From Octopus bimaculoides (lineage: Eukaryota), in contig NC_068983.1 of NCBI RefSeq assembly GCF_001194135.2, forward strand, positions 63,719,558 through 63,783,557: a stretch of DNA of 64,000 nucleotides, read 5' to 3'. Made by a program: the position numbers and the translations under genes. Below the pieces are notes generated by a model. It did no database searches. It saw only the letters and a program-made list of their open reading frames with translations, and was not told where the DNA came from. This document shows positions 48,715 through 60,904 of this stretch, piece after piece (within the stretch, counting starts at the first letter, position 1; every line of letters begins with the position of its first letter).

Positions 48715-49500
48715 GACTAACTAAGAGTATAGATATCATCCAACCATCTTATCTTGGGTCTACCTCTATGTCTCCTGACGGTTGGCTTCAAGAATCTGAC
48801 TTGCGATTCTTTCCTGCGACATTCTAACCACATGTCCCTAATACAAAAGTTGTGACCTGTCAATGCGGACAAGTAGCGGTTCAGCTTGGAGAAATTCCAT
48901 AATATCCGAGCTGCGACCTTGTCAACTAACGTTACTCCGAAGATTCCTCGCACAGACACATGCTTGTTTCCGAGATCGTATTCTTTCGGCCGTTAACCAG
49001 CATTCGTAAAGATAGACATGAAAGCCGAATGGAAAATATCAGGTTCGGCGTTCTTTACCAACTTCTGCTCTTCTGTGGATCAAATGCTGGTGCTGGCACA
49101 TTATTACCTCAGTACCTGCAATTCCAGAATCCGATTCAGCTTCCTGCTTCATTTCATTCGTAAATACGGATCCGGAACACTTCGGCTTCTCTACTTGCTT
49201 CAGTAATGCTCTATTAACAAGCAGATGTGACTGGGAAACCATTTTTTAGGGTAATGTCACAATTTTCGTAGCACTAATTCTCAACCTTGCCTTGTAGCAC
49301 TCGGCAGTGAACCCATTCAGTGAATGCTGGAATTGACCTTCTGATAATCCATCTAGTCATCAAATATAAGGCGAGCGATCTTGCACACATCAATTGCGAC
49401 ACCTCTTACTCAACGGTTCAGCATCTAAATTAAGTTCAATAAAATTGTACAAAAGCGAGGTGACAATACGCTCCACTGCCTAAACTCAGGTGTATCTACT
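48715..49500 (-). pseudogene. Decayed RTE-clade LINE, 3' part of the RT ORF
   Basis: FRQWSVLSP (QGxxLSP-like), KIARLIFDD (LLFADD-like), KQVEKPKCSGSVFTNEMKQEAE and RRHRGRPKIRWLDDI. Confidence 0.75.
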
Positions 49501-49565
49501 AGCGTATTCTCTCGCTGATAAATATTACTTGTTTGAGACTTCATTGTTATCATTTTCTTGTATGC

Positions 49566-49640
<75 letters not shown>

Positions 49641-49677
49641 CATCTATCTATATGTATATATACATATATATATATAT

Positions 49678-49806
49678 CACAATTTGGTTTTATCCCCTAA
49701 CTCCAGCTGCTGTAGTCATCTCATCGAGTTTCTTGAGGACACCATCCGAGATACTGATGTCGGCTTGTAGGTGGATGCTATCTACCTTGATTTTGCTAAA
49801 GCCTTC
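49678..49806 (+). pseudogene. Short CR1/L2-type RT fragment
   Basis: CAATTTGGTTTTATCCC (QFGFIP), frameshifted into NSSCCSHLIEFLEDTIRDTDVGL*VDAIYLDFAKAF. Confidence 0.75.
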
Positions 49807-51362
49807 AATTATAAGCAGATTTTTAACTGTCACTGATTTTATTTGTTTCTCCGTTTCTGATTTCTGGACTATCGTATCAGACCTAGAGATTCAAAGCTTA
49901 AGAGGACATTGGTATTTTCTTTGTAGGGTAAGGGATAAAGAGTATAGAGAGTAAACATGGATGATATAGTTATAAAATTTCTTAGGGTTTGGTGACAAAC
50001 TACTTTAGGGGGGAGTTCACTACAAGCAGACCAGTTTATAATGGAACAGGGGGAGTATTATCATAAGGCACCTAGGTCAAAAGTATATAAAATAAAGTTG
50101 ATATACTGTATACAGATACAGTAAATGGTTATTCATAGTTTTCATTAATCAGAATAATATTTCAGTGTTGCTTTACATAAGTTAAGTTTGAAATACTTGA
50201 GATATCAATATTTGCTTAATTAATATGTAAATAAATAAAGGCTAATCATAAATTAATAATGAGATAAAATGAAATAGTGTAAATAATCAATTAAGGAAGT
50301 ATACAAAAACAATGAAGTGGTATTAATTAAAATGCTATGTTAAAGTACATTTAGACTTATTTACACCAATAAAAGGACCGATAGATAAGATGTGAAATTA
50401 AAATTTTTATATATATTGGACTAACATAGGTTAAGCACTTCGCCTATGTTAGTTAATACCAGTTCCTGATAATTTAAGATAGTGAAATCTAATTAAATTT
50501 GTACATAATTATCATGTTCTCTATTAATAGTTTAGTTCACCACTATATTCTATGTTTATTCCAATCGTTCATTTTATCAGTTTCTTAAAACTTGATGAGT
50601 CCATCATTATGTGCCATGTAAATCCTATGTATCAATTCTTTATATTAACTCTAATATTATTAACTATATAATAATTTATCTCTTGTGTGTCTTTTAAATT
50701 ATATTAGATGTATATGTTTAATTTTTAAACTTTAGTCTAATATATATAAAAATTTTAATTTCACATCTTAACTATGGGTTTTTATATTGGTGTAAATAAG
50801 TCTAAATGTACTTTACCATAGCATTTTAAATTAATGCCACTTCATTGTTTTTGTATACTGCCTTAATTGATTATTTACATTATTATACACTATTTCATTT
50901 TATTTCATTATTAATTTATAATTAGCCTTTATTTATTTACATATTAATTAAGCAAATATTGGTATCTCAAATATTTCAAACTTAACTTATGTAAAGCCAT
51001 ACTGATATATTATTCTGATTAATGAAAACTATGAATAATCATTTACTGTATCTGTATACAATATAGCAACTTAATTTTATATACGTTTGACCTAGGTGCT
51101 TCATGATAATACTCCCCCTGTTCCATTATATACTGGTCTGCTAGTAGTGAACCCTCCCTATAGTAGTTTGTCACCAATCCCTAAGAAATTTTATAACTAT
51201 ATCATCCATGTTTACTGTCTATACTGTTTAACCCTTCCCCTTCAAAGAAAATACCAGTGTCCTCTTAAGCTTTGAATCTCTAGGTCTGACAAGATGATCC
51301 ATAAATCAGAAACAAAAAAAAAACAAATAAAATCAGTGACAGTTAAAAATCTGCTTAGAATT
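49807..51362. repeat. ~1.55-kb foldback: two ~620-bp inverted arms around an AT-rich spacer of ~290 bp
   Basis: AATTATAAGCAGATTTTTAACTGTCACTGATTTTATTTG...CAGACCTAGAGATTCAAAGCTTAAGAGGACA... is mirrored up to ...CAAATAAAATCAGTGACAGTTAAAAATCTGCTTAGAATT; arms about 49807-50430 and 50720-51362. Confidence 0.9.
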
Positions 51363-51855
51363 ATTCACTAGCCTGTATGGTCTGGCTAAGTCAAAATGTT
51401 TTTTTGTATTCTTCCTTTCTACTTGGAGAATTGAGATGTAGTTATAAAAATATGTCCTGTTTAAATGTAATTTCATTAAATTTCTATATCTTTGTGCAGC
51501 TGAGGATTGCTCTGAATTTTATATTTGATGTAATGTTCACATTGCTTAATTAAATAGAGTTGCATGAAACGATCGTACTGCATTAACTTTAGATATCCTT
51601 GTTGCTTATTTTGACTTTAATCACCTTATTTTGAAACTGTATGGATAATACCATACTTAATTCTGGTGCCTAAACTTAAGTGCCATATTCACCTGAATNN
51701 NNNNNNNNNNNNNNNNNNNNNNNNNNNNNNNNNNNNNNNNNNNNNNNNNNNNNNNNNNNNNNNNNNNNNNNNNNNNNNNNNNNNNNNNNNNNNNNNNNNN
51801 NNNNNNNNNNNNNNNNNNNNNNNNNNNNNNNNNNNNNNNNNNNNNNNNNNNNNNN

Positions 51856-51885
<30 letters not shown>

Positions 51886-51886
<1 letters not shown>

Positions 51887-52022
51887 TACGACGGGCTTCT
51901 TTCAGTTTCCGTCCACCAAATCCACTCACAAATCTTTGGTCGGTCCGAAGCTATAGTAGAAGACACTTGCCCAATGTGTCATTGAATCCCGAACCATGTG
52001 GTTGGGAAGCAAGTTTCTTACA
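51886..52022 (-). mobile_element. SINE family A, 5' part
   Basis: ACGACGGGCTTCTTTCAGTTTCCGTCCACCAAATCCACTCAC...CCGAACCATGTGGTTGG. Confidence 0.85.
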
Positions 52023-53185
52023 AAACAGTTCTTTAGCACTACTTTATATAATTGGTCTTCAGTTATAGATTTATTCTATTATATATTACCCTTTAATTGT
52101 ATAGATATCCACTATTCCTTTCATCTAAACCTGCTTATAATGTTTTTAACACCTTTAATTGAATTCACTCTCAACCTGTTTCTTTTATCTTTCCATCTTT
52201 CCATGTTTCCTTTATCTTTTTTTTTCTTTTTTCTTTCCTTTCTTATCATTACCGTTTACCCTTCCCACTCATATTCTAAATACTGCTTTACTTCATCGAC
52301 CAGACAACTGACTGAATGTATAAACGAATTAAGGCCCAGCTTCATAAATTTATCTTATCAACTGATACGCAATAGCTTTTTTTTCTCTCTGACCCTTTAC
52401 CCTCTCTTCTATTTGCACGTCGAAGTGGATGATCTCCGATACACAAATCCAGGGCCCCTTTCGCCACAATTCACATAAATATCCAGGCTTCCACGTATTG
52501 CTTTATTGGTGTAGTCATAAAGAAATGACTATGGGTTATATACAATACGGCTTAATACAGAATAATAAATGTGCATCTTGATATAATCAACATTGTCAAA
52601 GGATTTATTTAACTCATATGTGATACCAGTAACTCTATTCTTTTATTTCTTATGCTATACTCCGGAAACTTCCTCAGCTTTCAGTTTTTGTGATTTCGTA
52701 GTAAATAAGTAGATTTTGATACTTTAGGTTTAAAATAAGGGATCGTTGTGGTTTTCATCACTGTTTGCAATTATCTTTTTTAAAAAAATGTTTTAATGTA
52801 TCATATAGATGTAATTTTTGTTGCTGAATCCGAGTTTGTTATTCATTTATTCCAGAAAAATTTTGCGAAAATGTTACAGGTGTCCAAAGTTTGATAATTT
52901 TCAGAATTTTCAGCCAATCAGAAAACAGCACGTTCGCTGCGTCTCCCATCATCAGGGGTAGGAGGAGCATCAGCATGTCAAAACATTGCTACTCCCCTTG
53001 TACACTCACACGCATACACACATGCACAGATCGCTCATCGTCTTCCATACACGTTCTCCCACGTTTAAAGCGCTTGTGCCACTCGTATATGCACTTTATA
53101 TATTTATATACTTAACCTTCAAAATCTTTTATCTAATACGCAAAGCGAACAATTGAAATATAATCGATAGGTAGGACTACATACT

Positions 53186-54230
53186 TTAGTATTTAGTTGA
53201 CATTCCCTTTGCAATTTTTAATTTAGAAACTCTGTTTAGCATTGAACAGATGAACTTTGTGATTGTCTCTTGTGGAATTTCTGAACACTTTTCACGCAAC
53301 AATCGAAACAATTCATCTTTAGATTTTGGTTTCTGTCGAGTTTTTCGTACAGCTCTATCTAGTATGCTCCAAAGATTTACAATTGGGTTCATGTCAGGAG
53401 ATTGGCTCGGCCAAGGAAGCTTTTTGATCCCATTTTCAGTCAGCCATTGTTGATTCCTTTTCGCTGTGTAGCATGGAGCCCCATCTTCCATGAATAAAAT
53501 CTCATGTTTCGTTATGTTATCGTGTGAATACATCGGAAGTAGTCCTTGCTTAATTATTTCGATGTATTTCTCAGAGTTTATGGTACCAACGCATTCGATC
53601 ATCTCAGAACGACCATTGCTGGTGACGGCTCCCCATGCCATTACAGAGATACCATTATGTTTCACAGTTTGTTGGAGTCGTTTCAAATCAGATTCTTGAT
53701 TGGGAAGCCTCCAGTTCAAAACTGTCTGAAGATGATGCAAATCTGGATTCATCTCAGAAAATCACTTTATCCTAAAATGAATTGGATTTTTCTGACATCT
53801 CCTTAGCCCATTTCTTTCTTTTCGTGATATTAACTGGTTGAAAGAGAGGCTTTCTTCTAGCTGCTCGTCTATAACACCCAAGCTTATGCAGATATGTAAC
53901 ATACGTTCTTGGACTAACTTCTAGCTGTTTTGCAACGTCAGAAGCCTTCGAACGGGATTCGTTTTCCACAATTCTCATCAAACAGCGAAGCTTCCTTTCC
54001 GAGGGCCCAGGTCGGCCGGGACGAGAATATGTTGATTCTTTTCCTTGACTTTTGAATTGCATTATAATTTTATTAACAGTAGCAAGAGGAATTCGTAGAT
54101 TTTCGGTAATATTTCGCTGGGTAAGACCAGCCTCAGATTGACCAGCAATACGTAAGGAGGAGAGACTCTCAAGAGTTAAGCATTCACCAAAACTGATTTG
54201 GCTTTAAGGGAAAGGATATTTTCTAAAGGC
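53186..54230 (-). pseudogene. Tc1-like (DD34E) transposase pseudogene
   Basis: HTH region RPGRP...[11 protein letters not shown]...RKP; catalytic region VMAWG, FMEDGAPCY, WPSQSPDMNPIVNLW, C-terminal KGMSTKY*; broken by a stop/frameshift near 53770; catalytic E replaced by V. Confidence 0.9.
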
Positions 54231-54789
54231 ATGAGGAATGACGTGACATGTGTTTCTGCCCCTGTAGGTGTGATCAGCATATCCGTTGTCCTACTTAATT
54301 CAGGAATTAAGCGACTTAAACACATGAAAAAGTAAATTTAAAAAAATGAACATATTTATGTCCTAGGTAATTTGCATACCTTAAAGAAAATTTTAGACGT
54401 TAGAATTTTTAATAGAACACCTTGCGATTTTTGTACTGATTCTTTATGCTGAGTTCAGACCACAACGAAATCAAATTAAGGTTCATATTTTCGGGAACGT
54501 GAAATAAGTACTAATCCAGGGCAGTTGTTCGCGAAATTGTTAGCGGATCAGCTACAGTTAAATGATTAGTAGATAAAGCCACTAAAATTAGAAGGTAGTT
54601 GGATGGAACTGAATTAGGTGAAGACACAGTGTCGCGCTGAATCATATCCAACATTCTAACACTGAATAAAGAACTAAATCATTTAATTCTGCTCTCAAAG
54701 CTTCAGCAGTCCTTAAGATAAATATTACATGAAAGTTAAAATAACTGATACTAATGAAAAAAAACAAGGTCAGGACTTTTGAGAATGTT

Positions 54790-54950
54790 AGGTGATGCCA
54801 TCGGCCCCACTACTTGACTGGTATCTAATTCTATCGACCATGGATGGATGACGGGCAAAATTAATCTTAACGTAATTAAACGTAAGACGTGGAACTAACA
54901 TTGCAAAGTATCATTCTGACAGCTCTACCAATTGTACCAGCGCCACCTTC
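54790..54950 (-). mobile_element. Highly diverged SINE family B
   Basis: TACTTGACTGGTATCTAATTCTATCGACC...ACCAGCGCCACCTT resembles the reverse complement of family B. Confidence 0.45.
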
Positions 54951-56130
54951 ATAAAAGTTATGATAATAGTGTCTAAGTTTCCATGTAGTCACTAAATGTG
55001 CTACAATACCAACCAAATTTCTAAATTTCGCTCTAATCTTTTTTAAAAAATGAGGGAAGACACATTGATTAACATATTCGGGAGTACATTATGCACAGTT
55101 TTCTCTTAATTCCCATTCATTTCTTGAATATGTTATCGCTGGAATTAAATAATGCAATATTATCGATAGTAAATTTAGACAAGCATCCTTCATGCTTATT
55201 TAAACTAGTTATATCTAGTTATTCGGTAGACTAATATATCTATACTATGGTGATACCGCTCAATCCATCTTAAATAATATGATGATATCGCTCAGATTTA
55301 TCCCCAAACAAATTAGATACACTTCAAAATTATTGCCAAATATATTTTAAAATTGTAATACGAATACGATAAAGCTATGAAGAATTGAGAATACGGTTTT
55401 ATTTAGGTTCACATTGAAACGTATCTATGTCCGATTCTTCATATGTTTAATATGAATAAAATATTTTATTACTGTCTGGTCCTTGCCCCAATGTTATATC
55501 TCCATTACAAAAATACAGAGGACTATACCGTTTGGTGTCTTCTCACTATACTTATTGATTTCTTTTTGCGTTATTAATCTTTACAATTAAATGTCGAAGA
55601 ACAAAATCAATAAGTATAGCGACAAGACACAAAACTTCAGTCCTGAGTGTGTGTTTTGCAATGGAAGTAAAATATTTTAGCAGCAATCGAGGTATTAGCT
55701 GTAGACTTGAGAACAAAGAGAAAACAAGGGAAAAAAACCTTAGGAAGCACCATCTGTTAACGTTCTAAAAGGGAAAAGAATGTAAAGTTATAGAAGAAAG
55801 TGACAGAGAGAAAGGAAAAGCGAGAGAAAGAGAGTCAAAGACAGAGAGAAATAATTTATTTATAAAAGGAATGGTCTTTTTTTGCCTCCTGGTTCTTATA
55901 TTATTTACTTCGACATCTCATGTATTATATTTTGATATTGTATATATTAGCACTGTCATATTTACTTAATATCAATCGATATTTCGGTCTCATATTTATT
56001 GTGATCAGATATTTCTTTCGATATTCTATTTATTACACAAGAATGGTATTCTATCACTGCACTTCCGTTCGGATTCAATTGTATTTCAGAAAGAACTCGA
56101 TTACAAATAGAGTTATGCTACCATCGACAC

Positions 56131-56201
<71 letters not shown>

Positions 56202-56213
56202 TTGTTGTTGCTG

Positions 56214-56245
<32 letters not shown>

Positions 56246-56297
56246 GTAGTTTTTCATTACTACTACTACTATTCTTCTTCTTTTTTTCTTCTTCTTA

Positions 56298-56393
<96 letters not shown>

Positions 56394-56522
56394 GTATTAG
56401 TAGTAGTAGTAGATACAGAACTATCGTCATCCTCATCTTCATCATCAACAAACATCATCATCAACAAAGACATTACTACAACTACAACAACAAAAATACT
56501 TACTACTGCTAGTGCTCCCCTT

Positions 56523-56580
<58 letters not shown>

Positions 56581-56755
56581 GCTACTACTACTGCCGCTGC
56601 TGCCGCTGCTGCCGCTGCTGCCGCTGCTGCCGCTGCTGCCGCTGCTGCCGCTGCTGCCGCTGCTGCCGCTGCTGCCGCTGCTGCCGCTGCTGCCGCTGCT
56701 GCTACTGATGATGATGATGATGATGATGATGTTGATGATGATGATAATGTTGATG

Positions 56756-56787
<32 letters not shown>

Positions 56788-56802
56788 GATGATGATGATG
56801 AT
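56131..56802. repeat. Compound trinucleotide array: (TAT)n, (TTG)n, (GTG)n, (TTC)n, (ATT)n, (CTA)n, (GCCGCTGCT)n, (GAT)n
   Basis: Direct reading. Confidence 0.95.
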
Positions 56803-56925
56803 TCGCGACCAGGGGACAGTGAAGAGGACGGTACAAACAAATATCAACTCCGAGGCTTTACATAGAAATGAATGATAAAAAAATCTCACTCTGACATGTA
56901 AATGTACATGATATGCAATAACTTA

Positions 56926-56960
<35 letters not shown>

Positions 56961-57269
56961 TTATATATAGATATATACATCTATATCTATAATATACATA
57001 TTTATATGTGTATATGCATATGCCGTCTGTCTCTCTCACGAATATACACACACATACACACGCACAGACATATAAAGTCTGCAATGGGTAAATTGTCGCC
57101 ATTTTCCTTTTTTTATTTCGCGCATGCATATTGTTTATTTTTGATGTTGTTGACTACACAGTATAGTAGGGTCATTTGAGCACCGCATGTGACAAAAACA
57201 GCACCATGACATAATTCACTCTGCCAGAAATTCGGTAAAGACATACTGTACTGCTTGGCATTAGCACCG

Positions 57270-57650
57270 AAAGCTCCAATACGAAAATTTAAGATTGTTT
57301 AAGTGCCAATCTGAGGACATGAACCGAGAGTGATAAAAATCAAACATCCAGTCAACATCATGATGTTAGGAGTGATCACTAGCAATGGTGATGTTATGCC
57401 TCAATTCATCTTCCCACAAGGCCTTACGCTCAACACGGAGACCTACATGAAGTGCATGGAGGAGGTAGGGCTGCCTTCGTTCAAGAGGGTGACTGCTGGA
57501 AGGCTTTATGTCTGGCAACAGGACTCTGCATCATGTCACACAAGCAGAAGAACCCTGTTTGATAATTTCTGTGACCATATCATTCCTAACATCTGACCAC
57601 CTAGCTCTCCAGACTGCAACCCCACTGTGCAGTTGAACAAGCGACCAACA
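57270..57650 (+). pseudogene. maT/DD37D-like mariner transposase fragment
   Basis: KHPVNIMMLGVITSNGDVMPQFIFPQG...YVWQQDSASCHTSRR...NI*PPSSPDCNP. Confidence 0.75.
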
Positions 57651-57699
57651 AACCTCGCACCTAATCAGAGATTGCATTAGGTGTAAGAGAGCCCGGTGG

Positions 57700-57812
57700 A
57701 TGCAGTGGATGGCGCTGTCGCCCGACCTAAATCCCAACGAAAATCTTTGGAGAAGGTTTGGTAGATCTGTGCAAGGTAGTAAGCCAAATAATAAGGATGA
57801 TTTAAAAAAAAA
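57700..57812 (+). pseudogene. Tc1 (DD34E) transposase fragment
   Basis: Manual translation WMALSPDLNPNENLWRRFGRSVQGSKPNNKDDLK. Confidence 0.7.
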
Positions 57813-57825
57813 ATATTAGCTAACT

Positions 57826-59030
57826 TATTGATATATGTAGGAGGAGTAGTAGTTACCAGAAGATTAGATATTTCACAGGGAAAGATTAAAAAGAGCAAAT
57901 GTGTAAAAGCAGACTACAAAATAAAGTGAAGACTTTAAGACAAGATCTGAGTAGAATAGAAACCTGGAAACTGAACAAGTTAGGAAATACAAGATGCAAA
58001 TCTTCCCCCGAGAAAAGATATTTAATCAAAGAGAAAGGATTTGGGACAGTAATAGAAGAGTTGAAACAGTGTATCATAGCAGTAGCAGATAAGCTCCCCA
58101 GATATCAGAAAAGAATAGATCAGTATCAACACAACAGATTATTTGAGATAGACCAGATATTTTATAACCAAATAAATAGTGGAGAAGGAAGTACTTAAAA
58201 TGAGAAACCTAATGCAGAGGAAGCTTTAAAGTTCTGGAGTAATATTTAGGATAAGACAGTCAATCACGATAGAGATGCAGCATGGTTAAAGAATGTGAGG
58301 GGAAAATCACAGCAGCCAGATCTAAGATTAGCTAGTACTTTAATGAGTAAAGTGTTAGGAAAAATGCTGAATTGGAAAGGCCTAGGACCAGATTTAGTTC
58401 AAGGGTACTGGCTAAAAGAATTCAGTAGTTTACATGGGAGGCTGAGGGAACAACTTCAAGATGGCCTTAATGGAGGAATAATACCAAACTGGATGACTTG
58501 AAGGAGGACAATACTCATTATGAAGGATAAGAGCAAGGGTAATACAGCCAGCAACTATAGAGCAATCACTTGCTTACTATTAGTGTGGAAGCTGTTAACA
58601 GGAATACTTTCAGAAAGCATTTACGATCACCTTGACAACCAGAATTTACGACAAAAGAATAGAAAAGTTGTAGGAAGAAGGCTAAAGGAACGCATGATCT
58701 ATTATATAGAAACAAAGCAGTTCTAAATGAAATGAAAGCTAGAAAGAAAAATGTAACAATAGCATGGATAGATTATAGGAAAGCCTATGACGATCCCACA
58801 CTCATGGGTAAGTGAATATTTGAGTATGTTCATTATAGCAGACAACATAAGAGAATTAATTACCTTTAGCATGTGGAAATGGAAAATAGATCTATACTCA
58901 GCTGATACACTCTATGAGAAAGATAATACCAAAAGAGAAATTTTCCAGGGGGCTAGTTGTTCCCTTTAATAATTGTTCAATGTTTGATCCCGTTCAGTTT
59001 AGTATTAAAGAAGGCATATGCATGGTAATT
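57826..59030 (+). pseudogene. Decayed R4/Dong-clade LINE, RT region
   Basis: LIYVGGVVVT, SRLQNKVKTLRQDLSRI, NWKGLGPDLVQGYWLK, SNYRAITCLLLVWKLLTGI, IAWIDYRKAYD-like, PHSWV, IFQG; many stops. Confidence 0.85.
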
Positions 59031-59270
59031 TTATAATATCATTAGGAATGACGAAACTCTGGGATTGGTTGTGTGTCAGTTTTCCTCAACTCACTCACAT
59101 AGCAGGTCCCGTCAGAACCTGCACTAATCTCTATCTTTAAAATCCTTCTTCGCAAGGAAGTCAACTTTTTAGAATTTTTTCCTCACCCGCATTTTCCCGG
59201 CAATAGTGGATTTACTGAAATTCTAAACATCAACAGCATCAATCACTGCAATTTTGAGGTCATTGATATT

Positions 59271-59484
59271 AGTTTCAAATTCTGACACAAGGTTAGTAGT
59301 TTTCGGGGAAGGGGTAAATAAGTCGATTACATCGACCCCAGTGTTAAATTTGTATTTAGCTTAGCGACCTAGCTTAGGATGAAAAGCAAAGTCGACCTCG
59401 GAAAAATACATAACATAACGAAGGACGAAATGCCGCTAAGCATTTTGTCCAATGTGCTAATGATTCTACCAGTTAGGCACCTTG
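59271..59484 (-). mobile_element. SINE family B with a 15-bp TSD
   Basis: GAGGTCATTGATATT at 59256-59270 and 59485-59499 flanks a reverse-oriented family B copy. Confidence 0.85.
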
Positions 59485-59873
59485 GAGGTCATTGATATTG
59501 AGATGAAGATTTAATTGGTATATCGTCATCACCTCGACATAGACATTGAAAATTATAATACAAAACGAAAAAAAAAAGGAAATAGAAGGAAAATGGAAAG
59601 AAAAGAAGCGAAAAGTTGGATGGTCAGAATATTAGAATTCATTTATGTCTGCTCCAGCAAGACTGACCTGAATTGAAATTACAGAAGTAATAATAACAGG
59701 CATTCACGCAAAAAAAGCTAGCAGACAAAGGATGAATACACGCGCACATACACACATAGACATAGAAGACCAATGAACAGAAATACACACATGCAAACAA
59801 CAAGCGGACATATGATATGCATAACTTAATAGTCGCTTGATAACTGAAATGATATTACTATTTTACTGTCAGA

Positions 59874-59935
<62 letters not shown>

Positions 59936-60369
59936 ATTTATGACAAGACATTGCAAATATATTACTACTTCACTGTGGGAGTTAGATTTACAGAATATTT
60001 TGAAAACGTTCTCTGAAAATTTCTGATCTGTTAATTACATCTTATTACTTCTTACACAGTGGGGGATTCTGCTTCTTTTAGCTAGTGTTAATTCAGTGAA
60101 TTTCTCCAACTCACAAGGACTAACTATATCTTGGGAGTTTTTGTTTCTGGACAACATATACACCGAGCTAATTTTGGCGCTGCAAGTCATTTGTAATGCT
60201 AGTCAATTTCTTTTGCTAGCGATTTATATGTGTGTGTATGTATGTATGTATATATGTATGTATGTACATACATACATATATATACATATATATATATATA
60301 TGTATGTATGTATGTTTCTGTGTATGCATGCATTTATGTATATATTTGTCTATCTGTCTACCTGTACGC

Positions 60370-60421
<52 letters not shown>

Positions 60422-60613
60422 TGGTGGGACCGACAGCTCAGGTTCTCCACGACGAGTTCTTTGAAACTACAAAAGAAAAATATGTATCAATACATGCAAC
60501 AGTACTTGAAATGACTATATGTGTGCGCGCGTTATATATGATATAATATAATATAATAATGTAATATAAAATATGATAATATAATTATGTGTATAGATGT
60601 GAGCGTATATATA

Positions 60614-60663
<50 letters not shown>

Positions 60664-60904
60664 NNNNNNNNNNNNNNNNNNNNNNNNNNNNNNNNNNNNN
60701 NNNNNNNNNNNNNNNNNNNNNNNNNNNNNNNNNNNNNNNNNNNNNNNNNNNNNNNNNNNNNNNNNNNNNNNNNNNNNNNNNNNNNNNNNNNNNNNNNNNN
60801 NNNNNNNNNNNNNNNNNNNNNNNNNNNNNNNNNNNNNNNNNNNNNNNNNNNNNNNNNNNNNNNNNNNNNNNNNNNNNNNNNNNNNNNNNNNNNNNNNNNN
60901 NNNN

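Noticed and set aside
49807-51362. Possibility that the AT-rich foldback is a NUMT
   Set aside because: No mitochondrial protein, tRNA or rRNA motif could be recognised in either genetic code; only a BLAST could settle it
59095-59200. Minus-strand peptides KSTIAGKMR and VLTGPA next to GTGAG donors, suggesting a P-loop
   Set aside because: The order is reversed relative to a Walker A motif; likely coincidence
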